DNA of 64,000 nucleotides from Nemertoderma westbladi (GCA_032718475.1 JAUCBJ010000256.1:1-64000); one strand, 5' to 3'. Shown: positions 24,634-38,620, counted from the first letter of the stretch. Translations and numbers: made by a program. Notes: generated from the letters alone by a model not told the origin.

Positions 24634-27583
24634 TGGGAAAACGAGTAAGGGGAGAAACGCGCCAGATTTATCAGCGCAAACAGTCGAACGCAACCAAATC
24701 CGACTCACAGCGAAATGAACAACCCAAATCTGGTAATCGCTACCACAAGCGAAATAATCAATCTGCCCCTAAGGCGCTACTTAACTGCTGCTTGATAAAT
24801 GCGCGTTCAGTTTGTAACAAACTGAGCGATCTAGAATCGCTGCTATGTCCACCAAATTATGATATAGTAGGAGTGACAGAATCATGGCTACGTGATTCTG
24901 TGACGGACCAAATGATAAACGGTGAAAATAAATATGATGTTTTTAGAAATGACAGAATTGGTAAAATTGGTGGCGGTGCAGCGCTGCTAATTCGAAACAG
25001 CATTAAATGTCGCAAAGTGGAAAGTTTCGATACTGAATGTCTGGCTACAGAGGCCGATGTAGTGGCTGTTGATCTTTTAGGTAAAAACCCGTCTCGTATA
25101 ATCAGTGTCTATCGTCCCCGACCTAACTTACCTTCTGATTCTATATTGTGCAATTTGTTAGCGAAATTATGCGACATTGAAACGCCGTGTACTATTATTG
25201 GCGATTTTAATTTACCTTTAGTTAAATGGGAAGAATCTGAATTTCCCGACACAGATATATATAATGTGTTTTCAACGTTTGTTTTGGAAGCTGGTTTATC
25301 TCAGCTCCAGTTCAGCCCTACACGTGGCAATAACGTGTTAGATTTAGTGTTTACCACAGATCAATTCTATATTTCTAACATTGCAGTTACGGTACCATTC
25401 GCAACTAGCGACCATAGTACAGTTACTTTTAATCTTTTAGGACCTAATCCAGTTTCCACCGAGAACCGGGAATGCCACGGATTTTACGATTTTAAACATG
25501 CTGATTACGCAGATTTTACTAACTACATCGACAGTTGCGATTGGTCTAATTTATATCTAATGTGTAATACAGTAGATGATTTTTGGAATGCTTTTTCTTG
25601 TAAACTAAAAACGGGTATTGATCAGTTTGTGCCTTTTAAACAATTTAAATCAATCATCAAACCCCACCCCGAACATATTCGTGTTTTACAGTTCAAAAAG
25701 AAACAGCTGTGGCGTCGCCGGCACACAACCGGGGGCAAAATAGCATATGATCAATGTGCTAAAGAAGTTTCTAAGGAAATCTTCCGTGCGGCTTGCATAA
25801 AGGAGAATAAAATTTTATCTTCCGAAAATAAGAGTACCCTTTTCAATTACGTTAATTCCAAGCGTAAAGGAAAGTCGGGAATTGCCCCTCTGAAACATAA
25901 GGGGGATATAGTGGTAGATGATTTGATAAAAGCCCGTATTTTCGCTGAAGTATTAAGCGAAAATTTTAATTTAGATAATGATAATATACCTAGTTTTAAA
26001 CGTAGGATTGATTCTAGAACCAATTTATCAAAAGTTGATTTCTGTCCCGTTACAGTATATGCTATGCTTAGGAAACTTAAAAAAAAGACCAGCCGTACAC
26101 CTGACGGATTACCGAACATTCTCTTCGCAAATTTGTCTCGCTGCATTGCGGCACCATTATCGGCACTTTTCAAAATTTCTTTTGAATATCACGCGTTACC
26201 GACGATATGGCTTACAGCCAATGTCATTCCGATATACAAAAAGGGAAATCCGTCAGACCCGTACAATTACAGGCCAGTCTCATTAACATGTGTAGCGTGC
26301 AAATTAATGGAATCGTGTATAAAGATTGAAATAGTAAATTATTTGTTTAAACATGGTTTAATATGTAAGGCACAACACGGCTTTTTAAAAAAACGCTCTA
26401 CTTGTTCTCAACTTATTGAATGTGTAAAAGATTGGTGCAATTTTCTAGACCGTAAGAAATCCTTTGATGTGATATACATAGACTATGCCAAGGCTTTTGA
26501 TTCTATTATACATTCAAAGCTATTGATTAAATTGTCTAGTTATGGGATTTCGGGTGACCTATTATCTTGGCTATCGGCATTTCTCAGTAACAGAACCCAA
26601 AGAATATTTGTTGGAGATAAATATTCCGACTACTGTCGGGTCGTATCCGGAACAATACAGGGCAGTGTCCTCGGACCGGTTTTGTTCCTGATATACATAA
26701 ACGACTTACCACCGCTTTTGGACAGGGATAACGTGTCCTCCCGTTTATTTGCCGATGATGTCAAGCTATATGGTCCGTCCAATGAAAGTCATAGTCTGAA
26801 CGCTAGCCTCTCTAGGTTAGAGACCTGGGCCAACCTTTGGCAGCTAAATATAGCCCCGGATAAATGTATGGTTCTACATATAGGTGCAAATAATAATAAT
26901 TACAATTATGTGCTAGGCAATAAAGTGATAAAGAAGGTGACTAAATGTAAAGATTTAGGTATTATTATATCTGCGGATTTGAAGTTTGATAAATACTGTA
27001 AACAACAGTGTACAAAGGCTTTTAACATAACTAATATGATATTTCGTTGCTTTAAGACTAGCAATAAAGGTGCAATATTAACAGCCTATAAATCATACGT
27101 TAGACCGATTTTAGAATACTGTACACCAGTATGGTCGCCTTTTTCATTAGGCAGTATTGATCTTGTGGAGAGTGTCCAGCGATATTTTACACGTAGATTG
27201 TATAGCCATTGCAATATTAGTTACAAACCGTACATACATAGAATACAACACCTTAATTTACAACCGCTGGAAGTCCGACGATATATTTTTGATCTAAAGT
27301 TACTTTTCAGTATAGAGAGAAATTTAGTTGATTTAGATTTTGGTGCGCTTTTAGCTATACTAACCATCCGGGTCTGCGTGGCCACTCTCACAAGTTAAAT
27401 GTACCTAGATGTAGATTAATTATATCTAAAAACTCATTTACCAGTCGTGTTGTGCCAGTCTGGAATGATTTGCCAGAAGATACAGTAGATTCCAGAACAC
27501 TTGTCAGTTTTGCGACCAAGCTCAAGAACCACGATTTCCTACCAATTTGCAAATTTAATCAACCACTAATCGGTCGCTCGTAA
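24634..27583 (+). CDS. CR1 ORF2 (AP endonuclease + reverse transcriptase) with one frameshift near 27345-27370
   Basis: EN motifs INARSVCNK, VGVTESW, GDFN, LDLVF, SDH. RT motifs NYRPVSLT, QHGF, DYAKAFD, QGSVLGP, FADD. The conserved C-terminus RGHSHKL...FTSRVVPVWNDLP continues in a shifted frame to TAA at 27581-27583. Confidence 0.9.
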
Positions 27584-27825
27584 TAAACGTTTCTGGGTTC
27601 TACGGTATGTACAGTTCATTTTATTCGTATTTCTTTTTAATTTTTTTTTTTAAGCTGATGTAAATTTTAATGTTTAGTGATTTTAAATTTTGTTTTTTAT
27701 TAACCCCCGTAAGCGCTGATACGCCTGGGTGGTTTTTCTCCCTCCACTAATTATGTTTTATCTTACTTCACGTGCAACAAATAGTTATAATATGATGTAA
27801 TAAAGGAGTGTTGACTAATAATAAA

Positions 27826-30800
27826 AAATACCGGCTCGGTCGTTGCCTGGGTCAACAAGGACCGCGTCCCTCAGTGGTACACCAGGCTGGGGTCGATAAA
27901 TTGGCTACTGGAACAGAAGACAGAGAAGAAAGAAGAACCAACCTGTTGAAATGTAAAAAGACACTAAAGATTGCTACAATGAACGCACGCACGCTGAAAG
28001 CACAGAGCAAACAGGGTGACATGGTCGCTCTGGCAATGGAATATAACATCGACATCATCTGCATCCAAGAACATCGGATTTGTCATGAAGACACTGCCAT
28101 GAAGTACAATGACATTGGAAATGGATGGACGCTAGTAACAAGCTCAGCAGTAAGAAACTCGGCCAATGCATCAATTGGTGGAGTAGGAATTCTGCTAAGC
28201 CCATTTGCACTTAAGACCCTAAACAACATCGAATCTATAAATTCCAGGGTTATGATCGCAACATTTGATGGGAATCCCAAGACAACAGTTATATGTTGCT
28301 ACAGTCCAACCAATGCATCAGAGCCAGAACAAGCAGTCAAGTTTTATGAAGAACTGACTGGACTTATTAAGGACATCCCGAAACACAATGTTAAAGTCAT
28401 TGCTGGTGACCTGAATGCGCAAATTGGCCCAGAAGAGATCATGGGTTACACCTATAACACCAGTTCTAACAGAAATGGGTACTTACTTTTAGACCTAATG
28501 GAAGAATGTGAATTGATATCAACAAACAACACATTCGAAAAGAGTAAGGGGAAGCTATGGACCTTTCAATACCCTAATGGAACCAAAGCACAACTGGATT
28601 ACATCCTTATAAACAAAAAGTGGAGAAATAGCATGATCAACTGCGAGGCATACAGCTCGTTCAACCTAATTGGTTCGGACCACAGTATTGTGACTGCAGA
28701 GATCAGACTCAGTTTGAGAGCCAGCAAACCCAGGACAAGCAAGCAAATCAACTATGACTGGGAGAAACTCAGAACTGACAATGCTGTAAAGGATGCTTAT
28801 AGAGTAGAAGTTCAAAACCGCTTTGAAGCACTTCAGTCAATGGATGAAGACCAATCCACCGATTCAATATACCAGAATATAATAACAGCCCACAAGGAAT
28901 CAGCTAAGAGGCATATCCCCAGAAACCTAAACGAAAACAGTATGTGTCATGGCAAAACTCTGAGGTTACTTGTAAGAGAGAAGATCTTAAGATAGCCTAC
29001 AAAGTTAAAACCGAACAACCAACAACCGAAAACATTAACAAGGTTGAGAAAGCTAAGGACGATCTTAAATTGGCCTACAACATCAGCCAGGAAAAGTACA
29101 TACAGGATAAAACTGAAGCAATTACAACTGCTCACATACAGCAACAATCAAGACTTACCTGGCAAACTGTAAATGAGGTATCTGGTCGGAAAAGTTGTGC
29201 AAAGGGGCGCCTCAAAGCCGATAGTCCTGAAGAACGTGTTTGGAAGTGGAAAAATCACTTCAGCAACTTGCTTGGGCAGCCACCAAACATCGAGGTCAGC
29301 CCTACAAGGAAAATATATGACAAGACACTACCTATAGAAACAGGGGACTTCACACCTGCCGAACTCCAAAGAAGCATTAAAAGCATGTCCAATAATAAAG
29401 CGAGTGGATTAGATGAAATCCCAGCATAGGTATGGAAAACCGGAGTGCTAAATAGACCATTATTGAATGTTTGCAACCGGATGTTAAAAGGGGAAAAGCC
29501 ACCACCAATTTGGACTAAAGGTCAACTAAAGCCTCTCCCCAAGAAAGGAGACCTCGGCATACCAACAAACTATCGTGGGATCTGTCTGCTTGTGGTAGCT
29601 GCCAAAATATACAATAAAATGATTCTATATAGGATTAGGCCTCACATAGAGAAACTACTGCGTAAGAGCCAAAACGGATTTTGACCAAGTAGATCAACAA
29701 TAGCTCAGATACTTGCACTATGGAGACTGATTGAAGGAATTAAGTCAAAGAATCTCCCCGCATTCATGACTTTTGTGGACTTCAAGAAGGCATTCGACTC
29801 CATCCATAGAGATAAAATCCTTGAAATCCTAAGAGCTTATGGAATACCAGAAGTAATTGTTGCTGGCATTGGATTGTTATATTGTGACACAAGCGCAGGT
29901 ATTCTCACCAGATGGTGAAACTGAGTTTTTCTCAATCCTGGCTGGCGTACTGCAAGGCGACACATTAGCACCATTACTATTTGTAATTGTGCTGGATTAC
30001 GCAATGAGGACGGCCACAAAGGGTGAAGATCTGGGATTCACACTTCAAGAACGCAGAAGTAGTAGATATCCGGCAACTACAGTCACAGACACTGACTTTG
30101 CGGATGACATCGCCCTGCTCTCTAATACGCTAGCAGATGCACAGCTTCTACTAAATAAAGTGGAGAGGGCTGCTAAGGAGGTTGGATTGCATATAAATGC
30201 TACCAAGACCGAATTCATGACCTTTAATGTTGATGGAAACTTGACAACCATTGATAATAATCAACTAAGGAAGGTAGATGACTTCCAGTACCTTGGATAA
30301 TGGATAGAGAGTAGCAAAAAGGACATAGAAGTTAGGAAAGCAAAGGCTTGGGTAGCTCTATCAAAAATGGATACCATCTGGAAATCAGTTCTCTCCAGGC
30401 ACCTGAAGACTAAGTTCTTTCGAGCCACAGTGGAAAGTGTATTTTTATACGGGGGTGAGACCTGGACACTGACTAAATCACTTGAACAACGAATTGATGG
30501 TTGCTACACAAGACTACTAAGGGCAGCCCTAAACATCAGCTGGAGACAACACATGACAAACGCCGAGCTTTATGGTACAATACCACCTGTATCAACCACC
30601 CTCTGTGAACGCAGATTAAGATTCAGTGGGCACTGCTGGCGAAGTAAAGACGAGGTCATACCAGATCTACTTCTCTGGCAACCAACTCATGGAAAGCGTA
30701 GTCGTGGACGACCTGCCATAACAAATATAGATCAACTTGAAAGGGATACTGAACTTGGGAGAAACGAAATTGCGACAACTATGGAGAATCGGGAAGCCTG

Positions 30801-30846
30801 GAAGGATCTCATTTCCACTGTCCGAGTTCGCTCGACCTGAAACTGA
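27826..30846 (+). mobile_element. RTE-clade LINE body (EN-RT single ORF), pseudogenised
   Basis: ATMNARTL, IQEHR, YSPT, GDLN, QLDYIL, SDH; NYRGICLL, QNGF, GVLQGDTLAP, DFADD; C-terminal HGKRSRGRP...MENREAW. Stops at ~29427, ~29682, ~30298 and frameshifts at ~28925 and ~29870. Ends acctga-aactga. Confidence 0.92.
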
Positions 30847-31122
30847 ATAAACTTTAATTTTAACAAAAAGACCCGCTCGATCGGGGTTTTAAAACAGAAC
30901 ATTCACATCGCATGACTCATAAATGTGGTTAGTTACCCTGTCCTGTAACCTGCTCCTTTACCTCCATTGTTAACAACATCGTTTATTGTTTTGCTTAGAA
31001 ATAGCCATCTCTGTAACCTGCTTCTGTTCTTTATGCGAACAATTGCCACTAGCAATGGACCTTCAGTAATCAATGAACCTTGTCATGTCCGATGAGTTTA
31101 AGAAATACTACAAACGAGTCGC

Positions 31123-33982
31123 TACATGGTCACCAGGTATACCCACCACGAGGTCACCAGGTATACCCACCACGAGGTCACCAGGTATGCCCACCACGAG
31201 GTCCCCAGGTATACCCACCACTTGGTTAGTCACCAGGTATACCCGCCACGTGGTCACCAGGTATACCCACCACGAGGTCAGCAGGCATACCCGCCACATG
31301 GTCACCAGGTATACCCACCACGAGGTCACCAGGTATACCCACCACGAGGTCACCAGGTATACCCACCACGATGTCACCAGGTATACCCGCCACGTGGTCA
31401 CCAGGTATACCCACCACGAGGTCACCAGGTATACCCACCACGAGGTCACCAGGTATACCCGCCACGTGGTCACCAGGTATACCCACCACTTGGTTGGTCA
31501 CCAGGTATACCCGCCACGTGGTCACCAGGTATACCCACCATGAGGTCACCAGGTATACCCGCCACGTAGTCACCAGGTATACCCGCCACTAGGTCACCAG
31601 GTATACCCGCTACGAGGTCACCAGGTATACCCACCACGAGGTCACCAGGTATACTCACCACGATGTCACCAGGTATACCCGCCACGTGGTCACCAGGTAT
31701 ATCCGCCACGAGGTCACCAGGTATACCCACCACGAGGTCACCAGGTATACATGCCACGAGGTCACCAGGTATACCCGCCACGATGTCACCAGGTATACCC
31801 GCCACGAGGTCACCAGGTATACCCGCCATGTGGTCACCAGGTATACCCGTCACGAGTTCACCAGGTATACCCGCCATGTGGTCACCAGGTATACCCGCCA
31901 CGTGGTCACCAGGTATACCCGCCACGAGGTCACCAGGTATACCTGCCACGAGGTCACCAGGTATACCCGCCACGTGGTCACCAGGTATACCCGACACATG
32001 GTCACCAGTTATACCCACCACGTTCTCACCAGGTATACCCGCCACGAGGTCACCAGGTATACCCACCACGTGGTCACCAGGTATACCCGCCACGAGGTCA
32101 CCAGGTATACCCCCCACGAGGTCACCAGGTATACCTGCCACGTGGTCACCAGGTATATCCGCCACGAGGTCACCAGGTATACCCGCCACGTGGTCACCAG
32201 GTATACCCGCCACGAGGTCACCAGGTATACCCGCCAAGTGGTCAACAGGTACACCCACCACGTGGTCACCAGGTATACCCACCACGTGGTCACCAGGTAT
32301 ACCCACCAAGTGGTCACCAGGTATACCTGCCACGAGGTCACCAGGTATACCCGCCAAGTGGTCAACAGGTACACCCGCCACGTGGTCACCAGGTATACCC
32401 ACCACGTGGTCACCAGGTATACCCGCCAAGTGGTCACCAGGTATACCTGCATGTGGTCACCAGGCATACCCGCCACGTGGTCTGGTCACCAGGTATACCC
32501 GCCACGAGGTCACCAGGTATACCCGCCACGAGGTCACCAGGTATACCCGCCACGTGGTCACCAGGTATACCCACCACTAGGTCACCAGGTATATCCGCCA
32601 CGAGGTCACCAGGTATACCCACCACGAGGTCACCAGGTATACATGCCACGAGGTCACCAGGTATACCCGCCACGATGTCACCAGGTATACCCGCCACGAG
32701 GTCACCAGGTATACCCGCCATGTGGTCACCAGGTATACCCGCCACGAGTTCACCAGGTATACCCGCCACGTGGTCACCAGGTATACCCGCCACGTGGTCA
32801 CCAGGTATACCCGCCACGAGGTCACCAGGTATACCTGCCACGAGGTCACCAGGTATACCCGCCACGTGGTCACCAGGTATACCCGACACATGGTCACCAG
32901 TTATACCCACCACGTTGTCACCAGGTATACCCGCCACGAGGTCACCAGGTATACCCACCACGTGGTCACCAGGTATACCCGCCACGAGGTCACCAGGTAT
33001 ACCCCCCACGAGGTCACCAGGTATACCTGCCACGTGGTCACCAGGTATATCCGCCACGAGGTCACCAGGTATACCCGCCACGTGGTCACCAGGTATACCC
33101 GCCACGAGGTCACCAGGTATACCCGCCAAGTGGTCAACAGGTACACCCGCCACGTGGTCACCAGGTATACCCACCACGTGGTCACCAGGTATACCCACCA
33201 AGTGGTCACCAGGTATACCTGCCACGAGGTCACCAGGTATACCCGCCAAGTGGTCAACAGGTACACCCGCCACGTGGTCACCAGGTATACCCACCACGTG
33301 GTCACCAGGTATACCCGCCAAGTGGTCACCAGGTATACCTGCCATGTGGTCACCAGGCATACCCGCCACGTGGTCTGGTCACCAGGTATACCCGCCACGA
33401 GGTCACCAGGTATACCCGCCACGAGGTCACCAGGTATACCCGCCACGTGGTCACCAGGTATACCCACCACTAGGTCACCAGGTATATCCGCCACGAGGTC
33501 ACCAGGTATACCCCCCCGAGGTCACCAGGTATACCCACCACGAGGTCACCAGGTATATCCGCCATGTGGTCACCAGGTATACCCGCCACAAGTTCACCAG
33601 GTATACCCGCCACGTGGTCACCAGGTATACCCGCCACGAGGTCACCAGCTATACCCACCACGAGGTCACCAGGTATACCTGCCACGAGGTCATCAGGTAT
33701 ACCCGCCACAAGGTCACCAGGTATACCCACCACGAGGTTGGTCACCAGGTATACCCGCCACAAGGTCACCAGGTATACCCGCCATGAGGTGACCAGGTAT
33801 ACCCGCCACGAGGTCACCAGGTATACCCGCCACGAGGTCACCAGGTATACCCACCACGAGGTCACCAGGTATACCCGCCACGAGGTGACCATGTATACCC
33901 GCCACGTGGTCACCAGGTATACCCGCCACGTGGTCACCAGGTATACCCACCACTTGGTTGGTCACCAGGTATACCCGCCATG
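31123..33982. repeat. 24-bp tandem array (~119 copies), consensus GGTCACCAGGTATACCC(G/A)CCACG(A/T), with ~893-bp higher-order duplication
   Basis: Visible 24-nt period. Near-identical variant blocks offset by 893 bp (ORF starts at 32476 and 33369 on the minus strand). Confidence 0.97.
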
Positions 33983-34233
33983 GGTTTAACTTCCACATTT
34001 GCCTTTACTCGGGGTACCACCATCCTAATGAGAACAACTGATGTTGCCGCTTATGTAGAGCAAAGGCTGGTATTTACCAACTCACTAGCTGTCCGGGGAA
34101 CTCAAAATCCCTCACCTATGGATGTCCGATAACAATAAACCGGACTTTTTATATTATATAAATATTATTAATTTACTGATTTTAATATACCGTACCTGTA
34201 CCGCATATTTAAATTTTATTAATTATTGCAAAT

Positions 34234-37200
34234 TAGGGTTTAAAAAACAAGATTTTCAAAATTTGGTTAAAGCGTTTTTTTTATGTTTTTTATTGTTTTT
34301 TATGTTTTTTATAAGCCTTTGCTTCAATGTCACTATCTGGTAATTTTAAGGCCCACAGGAAGTCTATGAAATAAAATGTTATACAATATTTATATTATGA
34401 CTGTTATGATATTTAATATTTTCTATTACAATTTATTGTACAATGACCTACCCTGACACCAACAGCAACACTCACACTACCGTACTGACAGTAATATCAA
34501 CCTGCACAGAAACATAATCACAATCAGCCCAGTCACTGTCACTCCCATCCTCGTCAATCTTATCACAGTCCTCGGACTGTACAGGAACCACCGCGACATC
34601 AATGCCAGACTGGAATTGCTCCGAATTTACGCGGAAGATACGCCGCGTATTTTTGCAATTACGCGGATTTTCAAATTTCAGAATTTAATGTAGCAATTCC
34701 AGTCTTGCATCACTGCTCTTAGCCACTCGGAAGCAGTGCTACAGTAGGCCACAACCACCCTTTCCATCGTCTTAGCAGCTACAGTTGACTCCAGGCAGCG
34801 ATTGAATGAAATCAACATCAACTACTGGTTTACACAATGAGCGACGACCCGGTTCCATGCCTTGTGGTGCATGAAGAGCTGGCGGCTGTTCAGATCACCT
34901 GCTCAACTGAAAGCTTAGGCCTACAGTATTACTGTATTACTACATATAGTATGTGGGAGTGGTGGTGTGAATTATAGGTCAATATGTGTGTGTGTGAGTT
35001 ATAGGTAATTATAGGTGAATTACAGGTCTATGAAAAATTACAGCAAGGAACGCTTTTTAAGTTTGTTAGTTAATTCTGACTGGGAACCCTGTTTTAAGGC
35101 CGCTGACATTAACCTTGCGTACACTGTTTTTAAAGATATATTTTTAAAGGCACTTAATACTGTAGCACCAATTAAATAAATTAGTCTTAAACAACGCACT
35201 GAGCCCTGGATGACCTCGGGTATTCTTAGTAATATCAGAGAAAGAGATAACTATTTGTATAAATTTAGGAAATACCGTGTTTTAGCTGATTATAATAATT
35301 ACTGCAAATATAGAAACCTTGTCCAACGGGAAATAAAAAAAGCTAAATCTGAATATTTGTACAACAAAATAAGTGAGAATAAAGATAATCCAAAAAGTCT
35401 ATGGTCTACCCTAAAATCTTTAGGTTATAAAAACCTTACATCTAAATCGAATATTGTTCTGCAAGATAACGGTGAGCTGATTCATGATCATACTCTAGTT
35501 AGTAATTTATTTAATAATTATTTTACTAATGTTGCCTCTAATTTAGTTAAGAAATTACCGTTATCAAGTAATAAATATAGTATAGGGTCCGAAACTCTAA
35601 ATAATTTTTATTTAGAAAAGTTACAAAATTCAGAAAAGTTATTTTTAAAACCCGTTTCTGAGGATTTCGTTTTTAAAAATCTACTTAGCCTATCAGCCTC
35701 AAAAAGTACCGGTCTAGATCTAATACCTGCCCGTTTTCTAAAGGATGGTGCTGAAGTACTTAAAGTGCCTATTACTTTTATTATTAATTACTCTATCGTA
35801 GATAATGTAGTACCAGACGAACTGAAATTAGCTAAGGTTCTTCCTCTGTATAAAAAGAATAGTAAAGTAGAACCCTGTAATTACAGACCTGTTAGTATCT
35901 TAAGTATTGTATCTAAAATTCTAGAACGTTCTGTTTTTCTGCAGCTGGAGGCACATCTTAGTAGGCTAAATCTGATCTATGAACTTCAGTCCGGTTTTCG
36001 TAAATCATATTCTACAGACACCTGCCTTATTAACTTAACTGATACAATTAGATGTAATAACGCAAAGGGTTTATATACTGGTATGGTAATGTTGGACCTA
36101 CAAAAGGCTTTCGATACTGTAGATCACGAAATTCTGCTTGGTAAGTTAGGCCTGATGGGTGTAGGTTCTATAGACTGGTTCAAGTCCTACCTGTCAGACA
36201 GAGGTCAAACTGTAGTCATTAGCAAATCGCAGTATACTGTACAAGAGATTACCTGTGGTGTACCGCAAGGTAGTATATTAGGTCCTCTGCTTTTTGTATG
36301 CTATGTAAATGATATGATAAGTAGTATAGATCCCGATTTTAAACTCATTTTATATGCCGACGACAGTACTCTTATTTTCTCTCATAAAGATCCTATCCAT
36401 ATTTCCCAAAAGTTAAGTGCAGTTCTAGAATCCTGTAATGAGTGGTTGGTTGATAATAAGCTATCCATTCACTACGTAAAACTGAAAGTATTTTGTTTGG
36501 TTCCAAAAGAAAGTTAAAGAAGGTAACTAAGTTTGAAGTCACTAGTAATGGACATAAGATTGAAAATAAAAAGGAAGTTAAATATTTAGGCGCCACATTG
36601 GATAACTGCTTATCAGGAGAAAGTACAGTGAAAAATATTTTCTCGAAAGTTAACAGTAGGCTTAGGTTTCTATACAGAAATAAAAATAGTTTGAACACCG
36701 ACTCCCGCAAGTTACTTTGCTCTTCTTTAATACAGTGTCACATGGACTATGCGTGCTCTTCTTGGTATGAAGGCTTAACCAAACAGCTTAAATGTAAATT
36801 ACAAGTAGCTCAGAATAAAGTAGTACGATTTATTAAAGACTACAAACCTAGGCACCACCTAACTCCAGATGACTTTTCTGAATCTGGACTACTTAACTTA
36901 GATAGTAGAGTTAAGCAGCTACGCCTTAACCATGTGCATAAAGTGTATAATGGTAAATGTCCCAATTACCTAAAACAAAAATTCAACAGAGTACGCGATA
37001 CACACTCTTACAGTACCAGAGCTAGTGCTTCAAACTTCTACCTCCCGAATTGTAAATCCTTCGAATCTGATACTTTCTTTTTTAACGGTATTAAAAATTG
37101 GAACGCTCTGCCTAATGAAATTAAAAACCTAAATAATCAACATTCTTTTAAATCTGCAGTTAAATCTCACCTCCGTGTGCAATGTATAAATAGATACAAT

Positions 37201-37681
37201 AGTCCTACAGTAAGTTATTAGTTTATTAATTATTTACTATTTATACTGTAATTACGTTTTATAATAAATTGTTCTGTACATTACATCTTTATCGTTGAGT
37301 CGGACATTGTCACGCTCTCGGTAAAGTTGTATATGTACATAGTGTAATTACGTTTTATATTGGTTTTAGGTTAGCGTAGTGTAATATTGTATTTGTAACC
37401 AAGTAACATAAAGGACCCCCTTGGAAATAAGCTGCAAAGCTTTAGGGGTAATCCTATATGTTATGTTGGACAATACCTTTATACCGGTACATTGTTTGGT
37501 GTATTTGTTATTGTTTTTACATAATGTATAAATAAATCTATCTATCTATAGGTATACCATGCATTTATAGCTCATATTATTTATGCAGTCTTTGTTTAAA
37601 AAAACAGTTTTTTTATCTGTAAAAAAAACAGTGTTTCGAAACATGTGTTTAAAACAACCCATTGTGTTTTTTTAAACCTTA
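34234..37681 (-). mobile_element. Non-autonomous hAT-type DNA transposon with nested LINE
   Basis: Terminal inverted repeats TAGGGTTTAAAAAAC / GTTTTTTTAAACCTTA flanked by a perfect 8-bp TSD TTGCAAAT (34226-34233 and 37682-37689). An 8-bp TSD is characteristic of hAT. Possible degenerate transposase C-terminus on the minus strand at ~34480-34900 (weak; the strand call rests on this). Confidence 0.75.
35024..37548 (+). mobile_element. 5'-truncated CR1/L2-group (Crack/Daphne-like) LINE
   Basis: RT ORF pieces 35210-36517 and 36493-37221 (NYRPVSIL, QSGFR, DLQKAFD, GVPQGSILGP, YADD; C-terminal WNALP), one frameshift and an upstream stop. 3' UTR stem-loop-like segment ggaccccc...ggggtaatcc and (TCTA)n tail after aataaa. 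Confidence 0.88.
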
Positions 37682-37770
37682 TTGCAAATTATGCATTGTT
37701 TTCTATTCTTGGCTTAATTCAAATTAAAACAAAAAAGTAAGTCCATTCATCACACTAAACTAACAGACTA

Positions 37771-38620
37771 GGGTCAGGCGACAAGAAGCTCCGTTAGTGC
37801 TAACGGCACTGTTAACTACAATTATGAGCGACACGAATCCTCCGTTAAATTAACGGCGGCTTTAACTAACGGAAGCCAGCGTCTCGAATCTCCGTTACAC
37901 TAATGGAGGACTCTCCGTTAAGGTATTTTACACCATCCACCAGTAGGCAGTAGGCACCTTTAAGGTTCCGTTAAGAAATATCTTGTATTCTACTCTACAT
38001 AACTACAGTAAATGCATTCTGAAAAACTATATTTATAGCTTTCATAGTAAATTCACGTTCTGGTGGTGTGTGACATTCAATGTGCAATTACGGTTATAAA
38101 CACAGTTCAAATTAGTTTTCCGTCATCAGTTAGACCCTTTCAGCAATCTTCGAGATACCTAATTTTACGAACGATTCCTCAATTACCAGGTGGAAGTCGT
38201 TGGTCATTGAGAGATAGAATAGCTTTATACCCAATACTCGGGCACTCCATATGCTCTATTAGTTGTTTTGAGGATGTTACATTCCCGATCTTAACATTAA
38301 TTGTGTGTGCTATTGCCTAAACATGAAACTGTAGCGGTAGTATGTACTGCTTTGGTCTATAATATTTTTTAGATGTGGAAGGGTTTCAATTTGAAACAGC
38401 ACTCCAACAATAACATTATCGAGTTGCCTAAGCAACCACAACAACATTCACCTGTACACAATTTTATCATCATTTGGAAAGTATCACGTTTAGTACTAAC
38501 GGAGCCTTAACGGAGGCCTAAATACTCGTTCGTGTCGCCCATTTTGAGTTCTCCGTTAAGTGCACTTCCGTTAAACCTCCGTTAACTTTAAAATTAATGG
38601 AGCTTCGTGTCGCCCGCCCC
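37771..38620. mobile_element. Non-autonomous DNA transposon/MITE with ~26-bp imperfect TIRs and subterminal CTCCGTTA/TAACGG repeats
   Basis: Left end GGGTCAGGCGACAAGAAGCTCCGTTA versus reverse complement of right end GGGGCGGGCGACACGAAGCTCCATTA. Many ccgttaa/ttaacgg motifs at both ends. Superfamily uncertain (PIF/Harbinger-like ends). Confidence 0.75.

Larger units (their letters stand above)
23086..27825 (+). mobile_element. Near-full-length CR1-clade non-LTR retrotransposon nested in an RTE element
   Basis: PHD-finger ORF1 plus APE-RT ORF2, T-rich 3' UTR and a taataataaa tail. Candidate short TSD AAAT at 23082-23085 and 27826-27829. Confidence 0.88.

Noticed and set aside
31073-33998. Long ORFs (PRGHQVYP / SPGIPAT / VTRYTRH repeats)
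   Set aside because: By-products of a stop-poor 24-bp repeat, open in nearly all frames on both strands.
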